Assembly: GCA_011109175.1 (NCBI GenBank) | Contig: RDEW01000004.1 | Coordinates: forward strand, 2,133,875 to 2,197,874 | Source: Dicyema japonicum | Lineage: Eukaryota > Animalia > Dicyemida | Direction of reading: 5' to 3' | Length of the DNA stretch: 64,000 bases | Shown: positions 14,187-24,912 of the stretch, piece by piece | How positions within the stretch are numbered: the first letter of the stretch is position 1 | How the letters are laid out: each line of letters starts with the position of its first letter | Made by a program: the position numbers and the translations under genes | Notes under the pieces: generated by a model | The model's database searches: none | Seen by the model: only the letters and a program-made list of their open reading frames with translations | Told to the model about the DNA's origin: nothing

Positions 14187-16316
14187 TTATAAAACATCAC
14201 CCATAAAATGATCAAGTGACAATGTAGTATAGTTACCAACACAATCTGTAAAAGTATTAATATCAATCTTTATTTGAAGTCTCATCTTATCCTCATCACT
14301 CAATGACCCATTCACTATATAATCACATAATAATCAACCTTGTAATACACTACCCCTCAGTCTTCTCAACGACATATCCGTACTAATTATAGATTCCATC
14401 ACATCCCTCACTTCCTTAACAAATATTTCCACTGTTCTCTTTAATCTATCCCTCAACACTTCCTCCGCTTCATCACTGTACTCTTCTCTTAATACTTCCT
14501 TAACCATGCAAACTGCCCTATCCATATATTCCAATGCATGTGAAGGAGTCTAATAGTAAGCCAACAGCCAACTGGCCTGTTTGTGTATCTATACAACCTC
14601 GGGACCTCCCTCAACCCCGTCAATTCCACGTCAACCTCCCCCAGTCTCAAATCAAACATTCTCTTGTAAAGCTCTACCTCAGTCTCCCCCAGTCTCCCAT
14701 ACAATGTAGACAAACAGACTATGAGTCAGTAATACTGAACCTTGACTCTCCATTCCACATTCAGCGACAAGAGGGTTTATTGTGTCACGTGTAAACTTCA
14801 TAATCCTCATTCTAAAGAGAGCCACATCCTTAGCCCAAAACAGTAGATCCTACAATTTAACAACTTTTTACATTATTTTCTCCAAACTTTAACAATCCTT
14901 GCAAGTGGGATATGAATTTTGCAGACACGTGCCATGAAAGTTTGTAGAATCTGTGAATCAGAGTCATCAGAAAGACAGAATCACTCCAACATGTGCAGAA
15001 GGCATTCCATACAACATAAGTGAGTTCAAAGTGGAATTCATCACCACGTGGAATTGGAGAATTAATGGATTCTTCAACAGTGGAGGCTATTTCGTGAAAT
15101 CAGTCAATAATATATAATGTTACCGAATTTGGAAGTAGACAGCCAGATTCCACAAATTATGGAAATCCACGAAGGCCTTAGTACCCCTAAAAACCTCCAA
15201 CTCGTTGTGGGGGACAAAATTGGCTTGAAATTGGCAAATAAAGTCCATAGCTCTCAGATAATTCTCACATATGACAATCTCTCATACTTTTTGAAATAAT
15301 CTGGGATTTCCCGCTGAAAAGGATTGTTTGAATGATGAGAAGAATTCAAGGAAGGCTGGAAAGAGAGAATTTGAGGCCAGATTTAACCCTAAAATAGGAT
15401 CTCCTCTACAAATAAGTAAATACTGTACATTTCCTGACTCTGTTTTATAGACTTGTTAAAGGGGAGTATAATTTCAGCCAATATTTGTAAAGTCAGAGGG
15501 AACAACTCAGATAAATCAACTCCAAATGATCCCAATTCCTGAGAATAACAAAACTAGTGACATTTGACAGTCTTTCGACAGTCCAAATGTGGAGTTGGTC
15601 TTCCACAAGGGATTGGTATTTAATGAGACAGGCCAGTCTAAGCATAGTAGTCAAATCAGAGTCCCTTCCAATAGCTGATGATAAAAGAGACTGGAAGTTC
15701 TCATGCAAATGTAATCTGTGTAAACAAACCTCCTAAATCTAGTAAATACTACAAACCTGCTTAAATTTACTACAGATTTCTGAATCAGACCAAAGATGCT
15801 CGAAGTTTCCAAGCCTCTCCACACTGATGGCGCATAATTGCACAAGAGACAGACGATCTCTTTAAAGTAAACCGAAAAAAATACTTAAATTGGTGAGTTT
15901 CTTGTAATTTGCAAAAATATCCATCCAATCGTTTGATATCCTGATAGAAAATTCTACATTGATTGACGAATCTCTGATATTAGTGATACTCATACAGAAA
16001 TGTTGTTAATTGTACGTTCTTGACGTTTAAAAAGGTAATATTTCTCCAGAATGCCCAGTAATGTAGAGTACTGCTGTTTGGTGGATAAATAAATTGAGTA
16101 GAACAGATCATTAAGGGCTTTTATCTGTTGCTGTAAGTTTGATAGATCATGTCTGAAGGAAAGGAGAGGTGAATGAGAGGCAGTTATGAGACGAAACATT
16201 TTAGATTTTGCAGAAGAAAGATCATATTCTAGTTTGCGAATTAAATTATAGTCAATAGATTGGGAGAATAAGAATTCAATAACATCACTACTATCATTAT
16301 TAGACGGTGTATACAT
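14187..16316 (-). CDS. COG2: Conserved oligomeric Golgi complex subunit 2
   Basis: 12 exons and 11 introns of 22-25 nt splice into one open frame from ATG 16316 to TAA 14187-14189. Recalled COG2 motifs: SAGNPRLFQKNY..AMDF, FHNLWNLAVYFQIRFHEIA, CWSDSVFL..LIHRFYKL, EVPRLYRYTNRP, VRDVMESI..TDMSLRRLR, LSDEDKMRLQI. Intron 15101-15123 ends in TG rather than AG. Confidence 0.9.
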
Positions 16317-16619
16317 ATTTAATTATAATTTATTTTATTTAAAAAATATTAACATATTATTTAGAAAACACACTTTATTATAGAAAAATAACTATCTATA
16401 ATAATTACTTTTTTTTCTCGCGAGTTTTCTTTAACAAATATTCTTTCACATGTAAACACCATAATCCAGTGTTCACTCTGGACGGAAGATACAAATGGAA
16501 TCGGTAACCCTTCTCCAAAACACACTTGTCATATCTGTTGCGTGGAGATTCACGTTATAGGAGACTGCGCTCCACAAACTCCAATAGATATACCGGAAAA
16601 GCATACATATGATGAGCCC

Positions 16620-18750
16620 TCATATTGGATCAGCAGTTAATCCCCTAATAACCGAAGAAACAACTGGAACACGAAAATCGGTCATTGTCCATTGAGAGAA
16701 CCCTGTCTTGGAATGCATGCAAGAGGGAGAAATATATTTGGAGAGTTACTTGTAAAATTTCTAATTTATTCGATGATTGTGAATCAGCATTTGCACATTC
16801 CGCAAGGCATAAACTGCATGGAAAGGACTAAGAAGTAACGAATTTATAATCAGATAGATTACGTACTCTACCAAAGATCTTCGAAAGCACTGTTAACCGA
16901 TTCTCGAAGTTATAGGGCCATAGTGATCATAAGCTCTTGGTTGCACACTTTAGGATGAAAAGGGATTAGATGGTGGTATAAGGAGTAATCAATTGCTGAT
17001 CGTTTTGCAGTGGAGAAACGATGCCTGTTTCACAAAACTCGTGAGAATTATGGTTTGAAGATTAAGAAGGAGGTTGCTCACATTGATGTGGAACACCCAC
17101 CTGAAATAATCTAGAATGCTAGTGTCGAGGCTGTTTGAAACAATTGGAAGGAAAAGGCAAGAAAGATCAAGAGTGTTTTAGATCCAAAAATTTATTATTA
17201 TCAAAGAAGCTGAAAAAATTGTGGTTGGAAATGGACTCGTTATATACTTTTAACAACTTATAAAGAGGAATCGGATTGTGAGATAAAAAATAAAAAAGGG
17301 AAATGTCAGGAAATTGAAGAATGTGTCCAAGAAATTGAAAATTTTGGATTCGGGACTCAAATCTTCCGTTCTATGCGCCTATTACAAAGGGGTATCTAAC
17401 ATACAAAGATTTATGTTCATGACAATCAAGGGATGTAGTCGGCAAATAAGAAAAAAACTGAGATTCTTGCTCTTCATTTCTGTAAACAGTTGAATTAGAA
17501 ATGGAAGCTCTCCTCTTGGTCCGTTCGAGAAATCACCAAGGAAATTAAATCTACCAATTATTATTGACGAGACTCACTTGGCCATCAATAAACTGAATAA
17601 CAACAGGGTTGCTTGATAATATACACGGAGAGTGATTGTTCCCCTGGAACTGGTTGTTCTTATGACAAAAATAACTCCATATTTGAAATATATTCTCTTT
17701 TGAAGCTTGGAGATTGAATTTTAGTCCCTTTGCGCAAACTAGAAGAGCAAATGACCACATCGAAATCTTAGTTAGTTGTTAAAGCACATTCACGTTACCA
17801 GTAAACACTGTTTATGGTTTCGCTTGTACCATGTTTTTCGATTATCCTTTTCGTTAGTCTTCTCCATCCTTTTCGCTGTTGTGCACGTTTCCTGATTTCG
17901 TCCCCGATCACTGGTAATCCTCCACAAGTGTCCTTGGAAGACAACTTATTGGAAGTCCCTGAATGCAGAAGATGCAATATGGCCGAAAAATTCTTCCATG
18001 GCGGTATTGCATGTGTCTGTTCACCCATCCGTAGAATATGTCCAAAAAGTGGCCAGGGGCTTCAAGTACGTTCAGGCTTGTTGGTCGACAATCAGTCGGT
18101 CTGTCAGTCTGTATATTTTTTACAATATTTTAGGCCGAAAAAAATAAGAAATATATGATTGTCTTCAACCGAATATCTCTTAAAGTCAAGAAATTTTTGT
18201 CCCCAGGACAGAGCGGATTAAGAAGGAGACATTCTACTACAGATGCTGTCTGGTTCTTTTTTGTTGAATAACTGGAGGCAGCTCTGAGATCTCTCAGGAA
18301 AGGATGGGAAGGACATATGTCCGACGACATTAATTTTGTGAAAATAGTTATGAACGGTTTTCGGCCACAATCCCCAATGCATTGAAAGACTAATTTTTGA
18401 ACGTCAGCCATAACAATTACAAGAAATCTATAGTATGGTGAAGAAGGTTGAATAAAAAAGGAAAATTAGGATCCTTATTTGGAGACAGTGAGGACATGCG
18501 GCATAAGAGATTACATCGTATAAACAAATCAGTCCCATTGAGCACTTAAATCATTGAATCGAGGTGGAGACTATTTGGCCACGACAGAGATGCCAATCCA
18601 AATATAGTAATGGAACAATACTTCATCATTGAGAACAGACCCCCCGAAAATAAGAAATCTTTCCTTTTGTGAAGATTAATCCAAGATTCCAAAACTAATC
18701 GAAGGAGAAAGCTTAGAATGGACACAGGAATCACTTAATTTAGACAATTA
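16620..18750 (+). mobile_element. Degenerate RTE-clade element (APE to C-terminus), interrupted
   Basis: AFAHSARHK, NQIDYVL, SDHKLLVA (APE) near 16780-16960; GKLGSLFGDSEDMRHK and RWRLFGH near 18460-18590. Confidence 0.65.
17790..18400 (-). mobile_element. RTE-clade 3' fragment nested in opposite orientation
   Basis: PLFGHILRMGEQT and IRKRAQQRKGWRRLTKRI are typical of RTE C-termini. Confidence 0.6.
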
Positions 18751-19339
18751 CTATTATCCACGTGTGGTTCTGGATTTTATAACTGTCACTGACTTTTCAT
18801 ATTTTGGTGGTTAATACTGTTTTTCGTGCTGAGAATATCTGCGCTTTCAATTTCCACAGCGTTACATACTTGGTTTAAGGATTCCTTTCTAATTTTTGCT
18901 TTCTAAAAGGGGTCCTGTGATCCACCTAACTCGGAAGACGTCCAACTCTTAGTCGGCATCCAAAAAAGGAACCACTTCTTCTTTACTCCAGTGGAGGGGT
19001 TCCCACAATGTCTGGAAAGGATGCATCTAACTACAACAATGGGAACTAACCTTTATTCACCTACGATAAACTCAGCAGAATTGGCGTACATTCTTACTAG
19101 CATTTTCTCCAAATCTTCTTGTCTAATAAATGAGATTATGACCATAGTCGAAATTGGTATAGTAACCTCTTCATTGTCACTCAATGCTATATTCGTTATT
19201 CTGATGTCACAACTTACTAAAATCTTCACATTTATAAGTATCACGTACTTTCTTAAATAGAAATTATTTGTCAGTCTGTGTGCTAAGGCATTGCTTCCCG
19301 ATTGGGGGTGTGAGAAATAATTTTAAAAATTATGATTTT

Positions 19340-20090
19340 TTTATTTATTTTAATAACCCCGGAAACACCGAGAAAGAAAGACAAAAGAGTCAAACAGTTA
19401 GGTGATCCCAGTCCTCGCAATCACTTGTGCCATTCGACGTCTGTGATCTTCCATCGTCCCCACTACTTTCCGGAAGAGCCTTCTCTCGGTCTTGCAGAGG
19501 AATCCGATCGGGGAGGGGAATTTCTTATCCAATCGGTTTTCTCTTGCCATGGAAAGGATCAGGCGAAGTGGATTTCCATCTTCCTCACAGACGCGAAGAA
19601 ATCCGGAGCCACGACTACGGATCTTAGCTTCCATGAGTAGTGGGTCGACTGTTGATCCATTACGTGGGCAAAGCATACTGATTGTTTTCCGGTATATCGA
19701 GTTGATTCTTTGGACCATAGACTCCGATAGCCCGAATCTCCATGCAACGGAGGCATACTCAATGGCAGGCGCGATTGTTTGTTGGTAGAGGGTAGAAACG
19801 GAAAAGTCCATGTTCCTCGTGGTCCTCCGAACAAGGGCGCGTATAACGTTAACTTTCTGGAGGCCCCTGGTAATCATGTCTGTTGCGTGGGAGTTGAAAT
19901 TGAGAAGGCTGTCGTACTTGACTCCAAGGACAGTGGGGGACCTTGTCACTGGAATCCGAGTGGGACCAATGAAAAGACTCGGTTCATCCTTGGAACGACG
20001 GTCCGACGTGAATGTGGAACAGATAGACTTGGATGCAGAAATCGTTAGTCGATTGCCAACAATCCAATCGTGGAGAGTGTTCAATTTTGT
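19340..20090 (-). mobile_element. 5'-truncated non-LTR family A copy
   Basis: ORF 19398-20084 (WIVGNRLTISASKS, VLGVKYDSLLNF, IAPAIEYASVAW) is colinear with 207-945 and has the same 3' end with an A-rich tail. Confidence 0.85.
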
Positions 20091-20239
20091 CTGAGTTTTA
20101 AGGGATGCGACTTGCGTCGAGTGGTTCCGATTACTTATACAAATGATCTTCGAATAAAATATATAACAAGAGAATTTGAATACATTTATATTTTTTAATA
20201 ATTTATTATTTAATGTTAGAAATAAACGTTCAGGAAATG

Positions 20240-21030
20240 ATATTGAATGTTTAAGGCTAAAAAGTCACGATAGGATATCCAAGGAACGTTTCCGAAGCTT
20301 AGATTTACCTGCATTTACAAACCGTTACTTTTGGTGTCATCCAAAATAACATATGAAGTTGAGAAATCAAAGAGGCCACATAATATTACAGAGAATCTTA
20401 TTAATCCGTGTCCATTGGAAATGGTGAAATAGTCCTGGGTCCAACGTCTGTCGAAAACTGCAGCAGATTTCTTTGTCAAATAATTGTATCCGGGACCGAA
20501 TTAACTGTATCAGTGATGATATTCTTAAACAAGTTGTTTCGGACATTAAGAATTCTCGCATCAAGATTTCAATCCTGTTGGATGAATCATCGATGTTGAT
20601 AATTGCAGTTAACTAATTGGCTATGTTCGTTATGTACAATAAAATTGAGACTTTTTTTGATGAACATGATATTCCATAGGAAATTATTGGGTCAATTTGC
20701 TTGGAGGGTGCTCCAGTTATGCTGGGAAACAGGTCTTGGGTTTGCAGCCCATTTGAGAAAACATGTTCCAAATGTAACAGTTACTCCTACATCAGTCATC
20801 GGCATGCGCTCATATCAAAGTCTTTGTCGATTAAGTTAAAAGATGTCTTTAATTCGTCTGTCAAAATCGTGGATTTCATTCAAAGAAGGGCTTTGAATCA
20901 TATATTGTTCATAGCATTATGTATTGATGCAGACGTCACTGTTTTCTTGTATCATACCGATGTTAGATGGCCGTCAAAGGTTGTGTTTTGACAAAATTTT
21001 TTATTCTCAGACTTGAAATCGAACAATGCT
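20240..21030 (+). mobile_element. Degenerate hAT (Buster/ZBED5-like) transposase; second copy at about 34576-35370
   Basis: HRHALISKSL..KLKDVFNSSVKIVDFIQRRALNHILF and YHTDVRWPSK. Confidence 0.8.
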
Positions 21031-21034
21031 GTAA

Positions 21035-21665
21035 GACTCAAATTCTTTGGAGGTTTTTTTGGTCGGTTCGCAAGTAAGGTTTCCTGTGGTTTTCCATTGT
21101 TCCCACTGTAGTATGAAAGAGCTTTGCAGAAGAATCCGATTGGAGAAGGGAACTTTTTAACCAATCAGTTTTTTTTCTTTGGAAGTGGACAGCCGAAGTG
21201 GGTTCCATCTTCCTTACAGACGCGAAGAAAACCGGATCCGCGACTACGGTCGTAGTTTCTGTGGGAGTACCAGTTGATCCAGTATGAAGGCACAATATAT
21301 GAATAGTTCTTGAGTCTTTGGAGTGTAATTCCCGATAACGCGAATCTCCACGCAGAGGCATACTTTAAGGCCGGTCTAAGAATAGTTCGTGGTTAGGTTA
21401 CTTCTTCGGTTTATGGGCCCGCATATTAATATCCAGGTGTGTCGAGAATATCTTGAACTGACGCCCAGTAATGTTTCATAAGTAGGTTAAGGTGTATATG
21501 ACAAATGTGTTTTGGAGAAGGCTTTCCAGTTTATCTTCCAACTACGATTAAATCCGTTTTAATTCTTTCCAGAATTTACAAGATTGACTTTTCCTGTTGT
21601 GGCGATTGATCAGATGTCGCCATCTCTGATCCTGGTGATCTCTTATACTCAGGCTGACATTTTTT
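21035..21665 (-). mobile_element. Family A-related non-LTR 3' fragment; second copy at about 35370-36000
   Basis: Shares VKKFPSPIGFFCK and VGTMENHRK with ORF 19398-20084. Confidence 0.7.
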
Positions 21666-22199
21666 TGAGTTATTATTTATTTATTGTGACCGGTTGAATA
21701 CGAGCCCAGGTTAAAGGCGTTATACGTGGCTGATGATATATGCGGATGACATCTTAATCCTAGATTCATCTCTGAAAGCCTACATCTCTGAGCGACGAAT
21801 CGGGGCTTTTGTCGACAGAGTTCAGGTTTGGTGCGATAGGAGAGGGATGAAACTATCCACAGAAAAATCCAGTTACTTGCGAATATGCAGGCGTTAAAGC
21901 CGTTAGAAATCAATAATTTTTTTAATGAAAAATAAATCAATGAATTAATTCCTATCTTTATAATGATTAGTAATTTTAATAATTTAAATTTCTCACAAAT
22001 TTTCATTTTTTAACGGCTAACATCTGATAGAATAGTAATAGATTTTTGCTCACGCTTTTTGTTTTTTGTTATGAAGGTTGTCTACTTTACTCTGCTGCAA
22101 AAGCAAGAAATAATAACCTATCTGAGATACCAAATTTAACCATCCAATTTGCTGAAGGAGAAACGAAATTTCATAAGAACTGCGTCATTATTCAGACTA

Positions 22200-23210
22200 A
22201 AAGACTCATTGCCGGCTCAACTATTTTTTTTCAAAACAAGTGGAATTTTATTGCACGTGTTCGCTGTGGAAGAAGATGAACAGAAGAGGATATTTATTGA
22301 AAATGTTCACCTCAAAAATGGACATCCTGGTCGTGATAGACTTCTTTCTCTTCTAAAGAATCTAGTCTATGTATCTTGCAGAGATGAAGTTATGGTTGTT
22401 CTCAGGTCTTGTTCACAATGTCTGGCAAGACGGCTCATGAACACTCGACCAACTATAACACCTATCAGAGCATATACAGTGAGAGAGAGGTACTAGTTAA
22501 ATATTCTAATTTCAGGTATATTTAGATTTGGTTGATATACGACACTATTCAAATTTTAATGAAAATTTTTGATGGCTTTTGGTTGGGGATGGATTCCTTT
22601 TCCAAATTTTGCTGGACAAGACCTCTAAAGAGTAAATCGGCTACGGTGGTGTCAAGTGCAATAAAGAGCATAATTTTAATCAAAGAATTTGGAATTTCAA
22701 ATGGATAAACATAATTGAAGAAATTACAAGTTCCTATAATTCTTTACAGCATTCAACAACGTTGCACGCTCCTTTTAAATTTATGTTCGGAGCTTCTGCC
22801 AATGAAACCATAAATAATCATTACTCAGAAGAGGAAGTGAATGAAATATTCAACCAAATTGATTTATGGAATGAAGAAACACAAACTGAAGCAACTGAAT
22901 ATCTTGCATGGTTTTGGTCATCAAATGAAACTTTGAGAACAAAAGCAATTTTAAATTCAAACATTGCTGAAAGAAAAATGTTAACAAGAAGAAGGTGGAA
23001 GAATGATATTTCTATCTTTAACATCGGTGATCGCGTTGTTAGAAGGGTCTATCTTGATAATATAAAAAACACGAAAAAGTGGCTTAAACGAACACATTGA
23101 TACATTCATATATCATGTTAAAGGAATATCTGATACAGGAATGATTGATTTAGAAGGAGAAGATGAAGTGTGATTCAAGAAAATAGCAGAGACTTAGCAA
23201 AGCTAGAATA
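22200..23210 (+). mobile_element. Ginger/rve integrase-like DNA transposon remnant with a 26-nt intron; second copy at about 36540-37553
   Basis: HHCC motif (HLKNGH...CSQC), intron 22490-22515, then LDLVD...DSFSKFCWTRPLKSKSA and KWINIIEEITSSYNSLQHST. The middle of the DDE core is deleted. Confidence 0.7.
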
Positions 23211-23471
23211 ATTTTACAATATAAATTTCTCAATTTTTTCTAATAAAAACAGTTATTATTATTTTTGATCATTTATAATATCATTAGAGTTAGGAGTTCT
23301 TAAGCTTTCAGCTTTGCATTAGAGTTAAGAAAACTTAGGATATATATTAGAGTTATACAACGAACAGGACGTAAGAAAACTAACAATTTGACGAGACACA
23401 GCTGAAACACACAATTTGAATTGAAGTTGCAAAATCATCAATGTAACTAAGAGAAAAAGTATCCATTAAGT

Positions 23472-23540
23472 CAGGGGTGTCGAACTCATTTCCCTTTGAA
23501 GGCCGCATTGACAAGCTGATAGTCGGCTCGATATACTGGT
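23472..23540 (+). mobile_element. hAT-type terminal sequence, only one end seen; also at about 37815 and 60215
   Basis: CAGGGGTGTCGAACTCATTT here and CATGGGTGTCAAACTCATTT at 60215-60234 resemble hAT TIRs. No matching right end was found. Confidence 0.45.
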
Positions 23541-24006
23541 TGTAGAGATGCTCCAATGCCGAGTTGTAAGATCTTCTGTAATGTCCAAGGAGGACCTTCA
23601 CGAAGTTTCTTTGAGAAGAAGATAGCATGTTACTTAATGCGTCCCGAAAATCATCAGGAAAAATCATTTAGTGACGTTTTTCTGTTTAGTAGAAATTTTA
23701 ATTTAATAAAATTTATATTATCAATAATTAAAATGATGTAAATTATATTTTTTAATGTTGTGGATAATTTGACTAGTTTAAAGCAAACTTTGTTCAGATA
23801 TAAAACTTCATTTTTTCAAAAATTTAAAGTTCAATCATTAATACGGGACGATTGCAATTAAAAATTTAAATGTTCTGTGTCAGGTTAATTATTAATTCTA
23901 AACATGGGAATTTAACTATTGTTAACATCTTTGATGGGATGGAATCAGCCAGAAGAGCTAGGATTCTCGTCGACATACTGGCGATTTTATCCTGCAGTTT
24001 AAGAAC

Positions 24007-24912
24007 TTGGAAGACCTTGAAGATTTCAAAAAGTCAATGAATGATAGTAATCCTTTTGGATTGGGTGGACATGAGATGGAGGAAGTAAAACTGCCTCCTT
24101 CGACTATAATTCTAAAAAATGTTCCGACATGGATAGAGATGGATGAATTAAAGGATTTTCTTCGGTCAAAGTTGACAGGAGAGTTCCGAGCTGAAAGATT
24201 TGTACGCCGTGGTGTTAGCTTGCCTATTGTTAAGCTTGTCTTAACAAGCAGGGGAGAAGCAGAATCCATTGTCAGATTGGGATTGATTATTGGATTTTTG
24301 AAGATGAAAGCGGAATGGTATATAAAACGAGAAATTCAGTGTTTTCGTTGTCAACAGTTTGGACATATTGCTCGGTTTTGCAAGAACTTAGAAAAGTGTC
24401 TACATTGTTCGGGATCACATAGAAGATCTGAATGTAAAGCATCGCATGATACAAAAAATTGTGTTAATTGTGGGTCGACTACTCATCTGGCAAATTATGG
24501 AGGTTGTCCGAAAGCTATGGAAGCCAATCGTGAGAAAATGAAGAAAGTTGCTGAAAAGTCAAAAGTCTCCAAAAAAGAAGATAAGAAACTTGCCAAATCC
24601 GGAAATAGTCATACTATAGCAAAAAATGCTAAGTCAGCTTTTCTTGATGGTCGAACTTGTTGGAATATTCCAACGGTCAAAAGGGCAACAGTAGAAGCTT
24701 CTACTCAGACAGAAGAACCTGTGAAGGGAAAGAAAGAAGAAATCTCAACACAGGTCAATGATGGTGAATGTCAACTTGATTATTCACAAACTTTGAAAAA
24801 ATTAGAGAAAAGCATTATAGAAGTAACGAAAACAAAAAAGGATACGAAGCATTTATTGGATTTGGTGGCGATCCTAAGAGGAGGGATCAGCCACCAAAAA
24901 AATCAGAAGTAA
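24007..24912 (+). CDS. Family B ORF1, gag-like with three CCHC zinc knuckles (true start upstream, frameshifted or truncated)
   Basis: CFRCQQFGHIARFC, CLHCSGSHRRSEC, CVNCGSTTHLANYGGC. Confidence 0.9.
   Translation: MEDLEDFKKSMNDSNPFGLGGHEMEEVKLPPSTIILKNVPTWIEMDELKDFLRSKLTGEFRAERFVRRGVSLPIVKLVLTSRGEAESIVRLGLIIGFLKMKAEWYIKREIQCFRCQQFGHIARFCKNLEKCLHCSGSHRRSECKASHDTKNCVNCGSTTHLANYGGCPKAMEANREKMKKVAEKSKVSKKEDKKLAKSGNSHTIAKNAKSAFLDGRTCWNIPTVKRATVEASTQTEEPVKGKKEEISTQVNDGECQLDYSQTLKKLEKSIIEVTKTKKDTKHLLDLVAILRGGISHQKNQK

Noticed and set aside
18990-19260. ORF 19053-19244 as a host exon
   Set aside because: No splice solution gave a recognisable protein.
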